A stretch of 63,997 bases of DNA, filler included, from Jimgerdemannia flammicorona (lineage: Eukaryota), in the NCBI GenBank assembly GCA_003990765.1. It is 3 parts of 3 records of this genome, joined end to end, with 100 filler letters (N's around TTAATTAATTAA, not from the genome) between each part and the next. Parts side by side here need not be neighbours in the genome. Positions count along the whole stretch, not along the records: positions 21,671 to 43,227 come from RBNJ01001427.1; 2 more parts are not named here. One strand, written 5' to 3'. Under the pieces are notes generated by a model. It saw only the letters and a list, made by a program, of their open reading frames with translations, had not been told where the DNA came from and did not search any database. Numbering within the stretch: the first letter of the stretch is position 1; every line of letters starts with the position of its first letter. Position numbers and translations under genes: made by a program. Shown piece by piece: positions 24,551-37,775 of this stretch.

Positions 24551-26395
24551 ATACATATATACTCAAATGGTCTTAGCTTTGAGAGAGCATCTCCTTGGTA
24601 CACAAGCTCTTTACTATCAGAAAACATCTATTTAACTAATACTTATTGCAGGAATAACTAGATAATCTCAGACCATATTGCTCAAATTAGGAAAGTCTAT
24701 TTGACATCTCTATAAATTTAAAATATAAAGAATTTTAGAGCTAAAAACTTGAGATATTTAATAAAAATAATTATGAAAATTCTTACCTTCCATCAATCTA
24801 ATATACATATTAATACTCTTTAATAAGACTACTTGATCAGTAGATAAATACATTGTAAGCTTATCTATTGAAGATTCTCTTTTTCTTTTTTTACTATAAA
24901 GATACTATATAATAGAATCATTTACATAGTTATCTAAACTATAGTTAGAATTTGGTAGTTTTTCTAATATATATTAATAATTAATTACTCTACTTTTTTT
25001 AATAAATTCTTTTTTCCAGCCTTGATCTTTATAATATTAAAGTTTTAATTATAGATTTAAAATTAATTAGATATTCAAATTATACTTCACTTATCAGTAC
25101 TAATAGAAAATACAGAAGTATCTATTTTTAAATAATATTTTTTAAGTTTTTTCAAAGCTACTTCAATAGCTTCCTTTTGTCTTAAGAGAAATATATATAT
25201 TTTTGTTCTCCAATAAGTCTAGTAGATCTTTAAGTTGATCAATCAAAAAGATTGTATACTAGAATTGCAGAATATATCATTGAAAACTTTTGCTAAACAA
25301 CTTTTTTTATATATTTATTAAAATACTAAAGTAAAATAAAAAGTAAAAGTAGTTGGCCACATATTCTGAAGGGTAGAATAGTAGTTAGAATAGTGGTTAA
25401 AATTAGTTCAACCCCACTAACCACTTGTGGAAAGACAATCTACCTTCTATCAGTTGAGCACCTCTATACTCTCTAATAGGATTATATGATTACTGATAAG
25501 GTAAATAGTAAGTTTGTCTATTGATAGCAGTTTTTCTACTAATGACTTTCTTTTTCTCTTTTTGCTGAAATAAATATGTAATAGAAAAGATTCTTTAGTA
25601 TATTTATCTGGACTTTAGCTAGAATCTTATAGTAGTATATAGTTTTTCCAGTATATTTCAATTATGACTTACTTGGCTTCCTTAATATAGTACTGCTCCC
25701 AGTCCTGATCTTTATAGTATTATAGCTTTAAGTATAGATCTAATACTGTTTTGAGAAAGAGAGTGTGTTTTGCTGAGATTTTCTTTTTTTAAAGAAGTAA
25801 CTGCTATGCTGACATGCCTATACTAATTGAGTATATAGTAGTATCTGTTTTGGAGTAGTATTTTCTAAGCTTGCTCAGAGCAATCTCTATGATATCTCTC
25901 TGATCTAAACTAAATCAGAAATTATTACTACTCTCTAGCCTGTTCTTGAGCCTATCCTCTGGTTAATTAATTAAAATATTATATATCAATATTATAAAGC
26001 TTATTGTTAAAGTAGTTTGTTTAACTATATTCTTCATATAATTATTAAAATACTGATAGTTAAATTATTATATTACTGTATAGAGGCAGACAAAATAAAT
26101 ATAGAGTCAAAGCAATTATCACTTACTTTCAAAACTCTGACAATATTTCTTGGTATATCTCACTTACTTTTATCTATAGCCTCATTCTATATTTCCTTAT
26201 TAAAAACAATTATGAAATCTTGGTTTTTTTTTTTTATTTTTAAAAAAATTCCATTTTTAAATTAATTAACAATCCTCAGTCATCTAAAACAATTTGCTTC
26301 AGCCAATCAAAAAAGAGCACATACTATAGCAAACTCTAGCATATACTAGATCATTATAAATATTAAGTTCTAATATATATAGATATCTAATATTA
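24551..26395 (-). pseudogene. hAT transposase remnant, C-terminal part (interrupted by element B)
   Basis: Minus strand gives ILD*WK, a GTAAG intron donor, then FPNLSNMV*DYLVIPAIS (hAT dimerization domain), and AIEVALKKLKKYY. The middle portion may contain other decayed DNA. Confidence 0.7.
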
Positions 26396-28457
26396 TGTAA
26401 GCGCACAACCCCCAAACCACCGAAATTACATGTCACCCTCTGAATAAGCCACTGAAATCACATGCAATCTCTGAACAAATCTGGAAATCACCTGCTTGAC
26501 CACAAAGCTGAGTCAAACCGAAGTCACAGTGCACAAAGCTAAGTCAATATGAAGTCACAGAACACAAGATTCACACAAACAGAATCTTACCAATCAGGAC
26601 CAAAGGCATATATACCAAGCACTGAGATGCATAAATCAGAGAACCAAAACAAACAACAACCATAACTTCCAAACACACAAACATGACCACCAAGATCTAT
26701 ACCCATATCTATGCTGACATTTGGAATGCCATTATCAACTGAGCCACACCCCCTCTGCCCCTCATGAATATCTATAGTCTAGCACCCCTCTACTTTATGG
26801 AAGCCCAATAAAATGCTCTGAACATGTTTAGCGAGGCCCACCGAATTGGACAAATCTCAAGCTACTACCAGATCAGCTGCCTCCTGGAAGACATGATCGA
26901 ACACAACCATGATACAGACATTACCCAGATGTCTCAACACCAGAAGCTCATCACCCGCAAACATCAAGAACTCTTCTATGAGTATAGCACTGTTATTCCC
27001 TGCCTCTGAGTTACCACAGCGGAAATGGTTGCTACCCTGTCCTATGGCCAAATCGACGACATGATATAAGAACTCAACCACAAGTACCTTTAGTATGTCA
27101 AAACCACAGACAGAACCTTCCCACACCCCAATGATCATATTCTACAAATGCCCCAAGTTGGATATACCATGAAGGACATCTATGATATAATCCACTTTGA
27201 TGAAGACAAAGCAGAAGACAATGATCCCTCTGACACTGACATGACCTCTAGCCAAGGATCTCTGCCAACCCTGATCACACTACCAACCTTGCCAATGAAC
27301 TTACAACAATTTATAACAGTATACAAGACTTATTGGGACAATGACCACTGGCACGAATACCAATCCGCGTTCACCCCTGACTACTTCAACTATAATGAAG
27401 AGATCGGAGAACACAACCTATACCTCCAGACAACCCTCAAGATCAAACCAACCACTCCACCACCTGAGTATAAGCAATATGAACCACAGCCACCAGCTTA
27501 CTACAACCCCATGACTCATAGTACTGTAACTTACAGGAGGTATGCAGACAGCGAATCTGATGAAAGTGAAGATGATGCACCCCTCCTTCGCCCACCAACA
27601 CCTTACCCAGCATATGAGACAGATGATGTCATCTTGTGGGACAGAGATGAAGTTCCAATGTATTATTACCTTAGTGAACAAGGAGAAGTAATCCGCGAAC
27701 CACTTTTCCTAGACAACTACTTCATTAGAGATGATGCAATTGATGGTGATGTCATCAAGGACTACCCAGACAGTGCCTAAACTATAAATAGCCTAGCAGT
27801 CATAGTATAGTTAGATTAGCCTTATACGACATGACTGTGAACTGACTCAGCAGTCAGACAATCTCTTGACATATCAGATCACACTTGTACTACATGACTG
27901 TATTCTAACTCAGCAAGGCACTTAGTGCTACATCCATATCTAACATAGTCCAGATAGCCCCTCACTAGTATAAATACCCCCTCCCCCAGACCTCAGAATC
28001 TCAGACCTGAACAATCCGAACACAACTTCTGAGCACTTCCCCACAATATCCCTTCATACAACTACTCCTAATATAGCAATATCATGAATAGCAAATAAAC
28101 CTATTCAATAACCCACAAACCACTCTTAAGTAAATCCACTCCCCGTTAGGTCCCACTCCTAACCCTGTCACGAAATTTCCTAATTGGGTATTATCTGCAG
28201 CGATATACCAATTCAACTAAGCTGGTCTTAGTTTCTTGAACTTCCTGAAACATGGAAAATCCTGAATATCCAGAACTAGTCCAAAAAAGGACTTTGGTTG
28301 AGACATCAACCTGAACTTGAAATCAATAAGCATAGAGGATGTACTCCATACGAAATTGATCTTGACCATAAGAAAACAGTCTTCCAGAATATCCAGAACC
28401 TCCAGAAAACCTTTCCAGAACTATGTAACAGTTACCTTAAAAAGCAACCCTCTTACA
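26396..28457 (+). repeat. Element B 5' LTR (2062 bp)
   Basis: Direct repeat of 34975-37036; differences are mostly transitions. Confidence 0.95.
26683..27780 (+). pseudogene. Element B LTR-encoded ORF (365 aa when stops are reverted)
   Basis: ATG at 26683 is in frame with track ORFs 26824 and 27148; no frameshifts. Stops are complemented by the other LTR copy (35262-36359) or are CGA>TGA type. Confidence 0.82.
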
Positions 28458-28460
28458 ACT

Positions 28461-28470
28461 TGGTAGCAGT
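28461..28470 (+). other. PBS, initiator tRNA-Met 3'-end type
   Basis: TGGTAGCAG three bases after the LTR end. Confidence 0.75.
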
Positions 28471-29420
28471 AGTTTACAATCCAATTCCGCTTCAAGACAC
28501 TTCCTCATCCTGCTACAAACCCTTCTGAGAATTCCTACAAGTTGATATAAAGCCCAACCTCTGAACTGGAATCTATCCTGAACCATCTGACAATCTGGAG
28601 AGAATTGAACCTAACGTACAAGGACAATTTGACCTCCACACCTGCAACAAGTGGGACAAACTTCATTCAAAGAAAGAAGTACTCCAGTTAAACCAGCAAA
28701 TAGATGAAACCCTATTCACTGAACTCCTTGCACTATACCCAGCAAGTCATAACAAAGAAGGTCTTATTGAAGCCTTCTTTACTCTTCTCAACAAGAGTTT
28801 TGTCAGCTCCACAAATCTGAGTGACCTAGGACAACCAGCAGTAGTCTTTCTAGCCTTAGTTCCTCATGAAGCCCAAGCCTCTGTAGCCAAGTGGCTCAAC
28901 TCTACCAACTTTCACCACACCAGGACCAAGGCCTGCCTTATACTACCGATTCCAGAACAGCAAGGCCCACTATATCCTTAAAGAAGAAGTAAGAGAAACC
29001 CTTCATCAACTACCTGACCCTGAACCTGAAGCAGGCCCTGCTACAGCCCTACCTGAATCTGAAACCAATACCGAACCTGAACTTGACTTTGAATTAAGTC
29101 CATCTGAAATCAGATATACAACTGATTCCATCTACTTTGATGCTGAGCAAACCCAATTACACAAGGACCAAACTAAAGAGGAGGAGGAGTATCTTGGTGA
29201 ATTCAATCCCGGATACACCACTGAAGGAGAAGCACCTCCATTAGGACAGAATACACCTACACAGCAACAAACAGCTATCTATCAAGCCCTCACCCCAGAC
29301 CCACAACTACTACTCCAGCAACTTACACAGACCCAAAGAACCCCATCACACTCTGCACCAGTACCTCAAGTAGTACTAGTAACACCACTACCAGCAGTCC
29401 AACCGCCTCCAGTAAACAAC

Positions 29421-32400
29421 ATAGTGAACCAACAGATTCTAGACCTTATAGCCCAGGTAGCCATAATGGCAGCAACCATTACTACCTTAGCTGAACAGAC
29501 CCAATCTACCAAAAATCTGAGCCTACCTACCTTCAATGGTACTGCACAAGAAGTCCAAAGCTTCATTAACGTAGTTGACACCAACTTCGAAGCCAATCAA
29601 TGGACTAATGAGTGAGTTGCTGACTGTGTTTTGACAAACAATCAAGACCACACTCTGGAACAACTCTTTGCTACCACTACAGCCTATGTCCACCAAGTTG
29701 TTACATTCTTCCAAGGACCTGTCAAAGAATGGTGGCGAACCCTTCCTGAAAAACCCCTAACATGGGATACCCAACCTGCAGTAGTTGCTCAGAATGCAGC
29801 AAACAATGCCCCAGGATATGGAGCCCATCCTGCAGCCCCTGGACTCAAACAACTCATGATTGTACAATACTGCAGTGAAACCATGATTGCTGAATCCCGA
29901 GTAAAACTCTATAACCTCAAATTCGATGTATATGGCAAAGAAGAATTCAAAACCTTCTGTACAAAACTCAAGTCACTCCTGAATACTGTTGGTCTAGGAT
30001 ATATCGCCAATGATGAAGCATGAAATGATACAAGAGCAGACCATTTATTTGATGCCCTGCCTGAATGGCTTACTAGAAAAATCTGAGAACAAGGCCACCC
30101 AGTTAGTTGTGATCACCAACAATGGTGCCTGGTAAGAATCAAGACTATGGTCAAGTGAATCCTAACAGCCAGACCAATTCTGCCCTGAAGGCAATTTAAC
30201 AACAAGGAAAGAACTTGGACCAAGAAAGAAGAACCCAAGCATGAAGCAGCCCGAGCTCCCTCCACATCCACATCTTGGACACCTAGAAATCATAAACCCA
30301 CCCAGCCAAGTACCTTCAAGAAACTTACTGAAGGTGAAAGGAATGAACTACGAAGAAGTGGAGCATGCTTCTATTGCCGAAAGACAGGACACATAGCCAG
30401 TACCTGCCCTAACTAAAAACCCCGAACAGCAATATGAGCAACAGTTACCACTCTGCACCACCTCAACAACCTGACCACCAGAACACTAGACTTTGTCAAG
30501 TTAAGACAAACTGCTAAGGCCCCAGCCAAAGGAAGTCAAAAAGCAGCTGGATATGACCTGTATGCAGCCGAAGAAGCTACAGTTTCCAACCGAGAAGTCA
30601 AACAAGTTTACACAGGAATCAGCATCCAAATCCCTGAAGGACATGTTGGAAGAATATGCTATCACAGCAGCCTAGCATTGAAAGGACTCTCAGTAGAAGG
30701 AGGAGTCATTGATGAGGATTATACAAGTGAAATTATTGTCCTCATCTGAAACCATAGTTGGACACCCTTCAAGATCCCTATAGGTTTCTGCATTGTCCAG
30801 ATCTTATTTGAAAAAATCGAGTCAACCCTGATAGTCAAGGAAGTCCCTGAACTACTACCTACTATCTGAGGATCTAAAGGATTTGGCTCATCAAACAAGG
30901 CCCCAGCCCAACCTACCATGAGCAAAGAAGAACAATTCTATAAGAAGATCGAAGACAGATATGTACCAAGTGGCCAATGCCCTCATGGTATTGGAATGTA
31001 CTCTTTTCGAATGATTGATGATTGCTTCTCTTGTATCAATGAACTGGTACAAAGAAGAGCCAACAGAAGAAAAGCCCCTATAACTGAAATCACCACCATT
31101 GGATCAGACAAACTGCTCATACTTAAGGCTTTTGTCAATCGAGCACCTGTCAAGATTATGATAGACAGTGGTGCCTCAGGCAACTTCATCAGTGAAGAAA
31201 CAGCCAACAGACTTAAGGTCTTCACCTCTCCAGTACAGCAAACTCAAGTAGTTGCTACAGCTGATAGAACCTCATATATTATTAGCAAAGAAGTCTGCAA
31301 TCTGTCCTTCTGAATTGGCAATTACTGAGTACATGTTACTCTCCAAATCGTTCCACTTCCTGATAATGAAATCATCCTTGGGACTCCATGGTTAAAACAA
31401 GAGAACCCCATGATCGATTGGGTAAACCATTCTCTGACCATCAAGAAAGGATGCCACAACTTCAAACTGCAAGGTGAAAAGGACCCACTTAATTCTAGCA
31501 ACCCTGGACCAAAGATTACCCACATCAATAAGCTGCAACTCAAGAAATTGACCAAGAAATGCCCTCTCTTGCCATCTCCATCCATCCATCCAAAGGAGAA
31601 CCCAAGAACTCTGAAGAAGATTTTTCCAAAGTCAACAGCCATGTCAGACCACTACTCCAGAAATTTCGAGACATATTCCCATAGAAGCTCCTGAAAGGCC
31701 TACCTCCTAAATGAGTAGTAGACTATATCATCAAGACTATCCCAGATACCAAACCAGCCTTCAAGTCAATCTACCACATGTCTCTGAGAGAAATCAATGC
31801 ACTCAAGAAAGAAATTGACAAACTCCTAGAACAAGGATTCATCAGACCCAGCGTATCACCTTATGGTGCACTAGTCCTATTTGTTGTCAAGAAAGGAGGA
31901 GACCTGCGAATGTACATTGACTACTGTGACCTCAATGAACAGACCATCAAGAACTGTTGTCCACTACCCAGAATCGATGAAATATTCGATAGGCTCACCA
32001 ATCTGCAATTCATGAGCTCCTTTGACCTGCGAAATAGTTACTGGCAAATTGCCATAAAAGAAGAAGACATCTACAAGACAGCTTTCTGAACTTGCTATGG
32101 ACACTTCGAGTTCCTGATTATGCCCTTTGGCTTAACTAATGCTTCTGCAACCTTCCAGACCCTGATAAATACTATCCTGCACCCATACCTGGACAAATTT
32201 GTTGTTGTCTACATTGATGACATCCTAGTCTTCAGCAAAACCCTGGAGGAACATCTTGAACACCTTGAACTAGTACTACTGAAACTCCAAGAAAACCGAC
32301 TTTTTGCAAAACTCAGTAAGTGCAAATTTCTCCTGAAAGAAATCCAATTCCTTGGATACATTGTCACACCAAATGGAATTAAGGTAGACCCCAGCAAAAT

Positions 32401-34552
32401 ATCTGTAATCAAAGATTGGCCCAGACTCAAGAAGCTGAAAGACCTCCAGTCATTCCTGAGATTAGCAAACTATTACAGGTGATTTGTTGCCAACTTTGCT
32501 AAAATTACTACTGCCCTCATCCAAATGACCAAGCACAGCAAGAAACAAGAACAACCCTGAACCATAAAACAAGAGAAAGACTTCAACAATCTTGTAACTT
32601 GGGGACCCAAGCAAGATACAGCTTTTCAAGCACTGAAAGATGCCCTGATAACCACTCCAGTACTTCAAGCGGCAAATCCTACCCTACCATATGAAGTTAC
32701 TACTGATGCCTCTGACCTAGCTCTTGGAGCAGTACTCATGCAAGAAGGACACCCTGTGGCCTATCACTCCCACAAGTTCAATAATGCTGAAATTAACTAT
32801 GTAACCCATGAGAAGGAAATGCTAGCCATCGTAGACACTCTGATTAAATAGTGACCATACTTAGAAGGAGTACACTTCACTATATTGACTGACTACAAGT
32901 CATTAGTCAATATCAAGACACAGGCTACCCTTTCTCGAAAGCAAGCCAGATGGATGAAAGTCCTCACCAACTTCAACTACGAAATCCAGTACTGCCCTGG
33001 CAAGGAAAATATTATTGCCAATGTAATCTCCAGACCACTAATCAAAGAAGTTATTCAAACTCTCACCTTGGTTACAAACTCCATCATGGAACAAATTATC
33101 ACAGCATGTACTGATGATAAGAAAGCTCAAGCACTTCAAGAAATCCTGAACAGTGATGATGCCGACAAGTATACACAGTATCATCAATATCAACTGAAGG
33201 ACAATACTATCTACTACAAAGATAGACTGTATGTCCCAAACAACTGAGACCTCCGAAGGACTATCCTATTCAAATGTCATGATGCCCCTACAGCTGGACA
33301 TTTAGGATTCGACAAATGCTATGAAGTTATCTCCCGAAACTTCTATTGGCCCTGCATGACAGATCAGCTCAAAACCTACGTCACTTCTTGTGATGCCTGC
33401 CAATGAAATAAGTCCTCAACACTAGCAAAACCTGGCTTACTTCACCCTATTCCAGTACCATCTGCGAATTGGGAACAAATCTCGATGGACTTTATTGTAC
33501 AACTACCCTGAACCAAGAACAGGAAAGATGCAATTGTTGTCTTTGTAGATTACCTCAGCAAACAAGCCCACTTTGTGCCTACCACCACTACTGCAACAGC
33601 ACCGGATATAGCTACACTCTTGTTTGATAACATTTTCTGCTATCATGGTCTTCCTAAGATCATTGTTAGTGACCAAGACCCGAAATTCACCAGCCATTTT
33701 TGGAAAGCCCTTCATGCATACCTTGGAACAAAACTTGCACTATCCACAGCCTTTCACCCTGAAACTGATGGCCAAACTGAAAGAATGAACCAAACTCTGG
33801 AACAAATGCTAAGGAACTATGTTTCCTACAGACAAGATGACTGGCATGAACACCTTACTGCAGTTGAGTTTGCCTATAACAATAGCAAGCAAGTCTCTCT
33901 CAGAATGACCCCATTCTTTGCCAATACTGGACAAAACCCAAATACCCCTTTGACACTTATCCGAACTACTGAAGAACCCTCTACAGTCAAAGCTGTTGAA
34001 GAATTCCTGCTCTGAATGTGTAATCTAAGCCAGATCGCAATCGAGAATTTATCACGAGCTCAAGAACAACAGTTACAGTATATTAACCAACACCATTGAG
34101 AAGAAACCTTCGATATTGGAGAGAAAGTTCTACTAGACATCTGGGGATACCGAGTTGACAATCTCAAGCACAGACCATCTACAAAGCTGAACAGCAAGTT
34201 CATTGGACTATTTAAAGTCATTGCACAAGTCTCTCCTACCTCCTACAAATTGGTGCTACCAGATACCATTAAGATTCACCCAGTCTTTAATGTTCAACAC
34301 CTCAAGCGATACAATGAGAATGATGATGAACTATTCCCTAACCGAACCATGAAACCACCTACACCTGTCATTATTAATGACCAAGAAGAGTACGAAGTTG
34401 AACAAATCCTCAACAAATGTGGCCACAAGAACCACCCAGAGTACCTTGTCAAATGGAAAGGTTACCCAATCTATGATGCAACCTGAGAACCCAAGACCAA
34501 CCTCCAGAATGCTACTGACCTAGTTCAAGAATATGATTCCTTGAACAACTAA
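29421..34552 (+). pseudogene. Element B gag-pol polyprotein (disrupted)
   Basis: PTFNG gag motif, CFYCRKTGHIASTC knuckle (~30366), IDSGASGNFI protease, YIDD RT (32209), TDAS RNase H, FHPETDGQTER integrase, EYEVEQIL...YLVKWKGY chromodomain. Confidence 0.95.
30486..30893 (+). pseudogene. dut: dUTPase domain between gag zinc knuckle and protease of element B
   Basis: AAGYDL, HSSLA (RSS mutated), GVIDEDYTSEI, CIVQI and *GSKGFGSS, in frame with gag and PR. Confidence 0.92.
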
Positions 34553-34974
34553 AACCAAATACTCCGCACCTATCTATACATACTATATATTATCCTCCCA
34601 AACACTATAATTATCGAAAATCAAGAACTCAGCAAAACAAGACAAGAATACTGACCCTCTGGAAAAATAGCAAAACTGAAAGCAAGCCTATTCTCCCTGT
34701 ACCACTGGTGGAAAACAAGGCATAGATATTTAAGAAGATCTCTTAGAGGAAATTCTCCAACAGTGAATGACGTCAGAATCACTTCTGGCGCATGGCATCA
34801 AACACATGACTCTTTAATATATGAATCCAACACATTAGGCAACTGTACTACGAGCATGCCACTTTCTGAGAAAAATGGACTTCACCAGACTTTTGACCTC
34901 CTAAATGGTGTAACAACACTAGAACAAAATTAGAAGGCCCCAATGAGGACGTCGAAAGCTAAGAAGGGGAGAGT

Positions 34975-37036
34975 TGTAAGTGCACAACCCCCAAACCACC
35001 AAAATTATATGTCACTCTCTGAAGAAGCCACTGAAATCACATGCGACCTCTGAAAAAATCTGGAAATCACCTGCTTGACCACAAAGCTGAGTCAAACCGA
35101 AGTCACAGTGCACAAAGCTGAGTTAATATGAAGTCACAGAACACAAGATTCACACAAATAGAATCTTACCAATCAGGACCAAAGGCATATATACCAAGCA
35201 CCGAGATGCGTGAATCAGAGAACTAAAACAAACAACAACCACAACTTCCAAACACACAAACATGACCACCGAGATCTATACCCGTATCCGCACTAATATT
35301 TGGAATACCATTGTCAACTGAGCCACACCCCCTCTGTCCCTCATAAATATCTATAGTCTAGCACTCCTCTACTTCATGGAAGCCTGATGGAATGCCCTGA
35401 ACATACTTAGTGAGGCCCACTGAATCAGACAAATCTCAAGCTACTATCAGATTGGCTGCCTCCTGGAAGACATGATCGAACACCACCATGATACAGACAT
35501 TACCCAGATATCTCAACACCAGAAGCTCATCGCCTGCAAACATTGAGAACTCTTCTATGAGTATAGCACTGTTATTCCCCATCTCTGAGTTACCACAGCG
35601 GAAATGGTTGCTACCCTGTTCTATGGCCAAATCGATGACATGATACAAGAACTCAACCACAAGTACCTTGAGTATGTTGAAACCACAGACAGAACCTTCC
35701 TACACCCCAATGATCATATTCTGCAAATGTCCCAAGTTGGATATGCCATAAAGGATATCTATGATATAATCCACTTCAATGAAGACGAAGCAGAAGACAA
35801 TGATCTCTCTGATACTGACATGACCTCTAGCCAAGGATCTCTGCTAACCCTGATCATACCGCCAACCTTGCCGATGAACTTACAACAATTCATAACAGCA
35901 TACAAGACTTATTGAGACAATGACCACTGGCACGAATACCAACCCACGTTCACTCCTGACTACTTCAACTACAATGAAGAGACCGGAGAACACAATCTGT
36001 ACCTCCAGACAATCCTCGAGATCGAACCAACCACTCTACCACCCGAGTACGAGCAACATGAACCACAGTCACCAGCTTACTACAACTCCATGACTCATAG
36101 TGCTGTAACCTACAGGAGGTATGCAGACAGCGAATCCGATGAAAGTGAAGATGATATACCCCTCCTTCACCCACCAATACCTTACCCAGCATATGAGACA
36201 GACAATGCCATCTTGTGGGATGGAGATGAAGTTCCAATGTATTATTACCTTAGTGAATAAGGAGAAGTAATCTGCAAACTACTCTTCCTAGACAACTACT
36301 TCATCAGAGATGATGCAATTAATGGTGATGTCATCGAGGACTACCCAGACAGTGCCTAAACCATAAATAGCCTAGCAGTCATAGTATAGTTAGATTAGCC
36401 TTGTATGATGTGACTGTGAACTGACTCAGCAGTCAGACAATCTCTTGACATGTCAGATCACACTTATACTATGTAACTGCATTCTGACTCAGCAAGACAC
36501 TTAGTGCTACATCCATATCTAGCATAGTCCAGATAGCCCCTCACTAGTATAAATACCCCCTCCCCCAGACCTCAGAATCTCAGACCTGAACAATCTGAAC
36601 ACAACTCCTGAGCACTTCCCCATAATATCTCTTTATACAACTACTCCTAGTATAGCAATATCATGAATAATGAATAAACCTATTCAATAACCCACAAACC
36701 ACTCTTAAGTAAATCTGCTCCCTGTTAAGTCCCACTCCTAACCCTGTCACAAAATTTCCTAATTGGGTATTATCTGCAGCAATTTGCCAATTCAACTAAG
36801 CTGGTCTTAGTTTCTTAAACTTCCTGAAACATGGAAAATCCTGAACATCCAGAACTAGTTCAAAAAAGGACTTTGGTTGAGACTTCCACCCGAACTTGAA
36901 ATCAATAAGCGTAGAGAATGTACTCCATATGAAATTGATCTTGACCATAAGAAAACAGTCTTCCAGAATATCCAGAACCTTCAGAAAACCTTTCCAGAAC
37001 TATGTAATGGTTACTTTAAAAAGCAACTCTCTTACA
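34975..37036 (+). repeat. Element B 3' LTR containing the disrupted LTR ORF (35262-36359)
   Basis: Follows the PPT; TG...CA ends; followed by TSD TATTA. Confidence 0.95.
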
Positions 37037-37041
37037 TATTA

Positions 37042-37700
37042 GCTCTTTCAGAACTAAACTAATTGCTCTATACTATATAGTGAATTTCTCTTATCATTGT
37101 AGAGATAATCAGACCAATATAATCAGTTTGCATAGCTTAGAAATAATACTCAGAGTTTCTTCACTTTTGGATATTTTATCTATATATAAGATAATCCTAT
37201 ATAGTAAGATTCAGTATATAGACCTGATAATACACATGACAGTTTTCTATTCTGAAGACTATATTTTCTTGTTGAATATTAGCTACTAAAATACAGAAAA
37301 ATACTGTATTATTTGTAATATTATCTATTATGATAGCCAAAATCTATATTTGAAATTTTCTATTAGTAAATTTATATAAAAATAAATAATTATTAAAATT
37401 TATTTTATTTTTAAACTTTTTTTCAAAATACTGACTAAATAATAAGCTCCCCTTTTTACCTTAGTTATGATCTCAAGCTCTTAGATATAACTAATAAAAG
37501 TATCTGTAATATTTTCTCTAGAATAAGGACTATCAAGTTTGATAAAGTCAAGGATAAGAGATTTAAGTTATTAATCAATATCAATCTAATAACTAGTAAT
37601 ACCTAGAAATGAAATTGCATTAGAAGATATCTATATATTGATTATAAATAAAATTCAATTTACTGAATTCTGTTTATTAAATATGAGATTAAATTGGTAA
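37042..37700 (-). pseudogene. hAT transposase remnant, catalytic N-terminal part
   Basis: Minus strand reads I*ISSNAISFLGITSY*IDID**LKSLILDFIKLDSPYSRENI (degenerate DxWTS...FLGITAHWID...HSGENI) and KLCKLIILV*LSLQ**EKF...KELI, which rejoins LD..Y*N across the element B TSD. Confidence 0.78.
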
Positions 37701-37775
37701 GCTATTTATATATATATATATATAATTTAACTTATAATGGTCAAGATATTGCTCTTATTTATTTATTTTACCTGA

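Larger units (their letters stand above)
26396..37036 (+). mobile_element. Chromovirus-type Ty3/Gypsy element B, full length, inactivated (gag-dUTPase-ZnF-PR-RT-RH-INT-chromodomain)
   Basis: 2062-bp LTRs with TG...CA ends at 26396-28457 and 34975-37036; perfect TSD TATTA (26391-26395, 37037-37041); PBS TGGTAGCAG at 28461; PPT aagaaggggagag before 34975. Confidence 0.96.
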
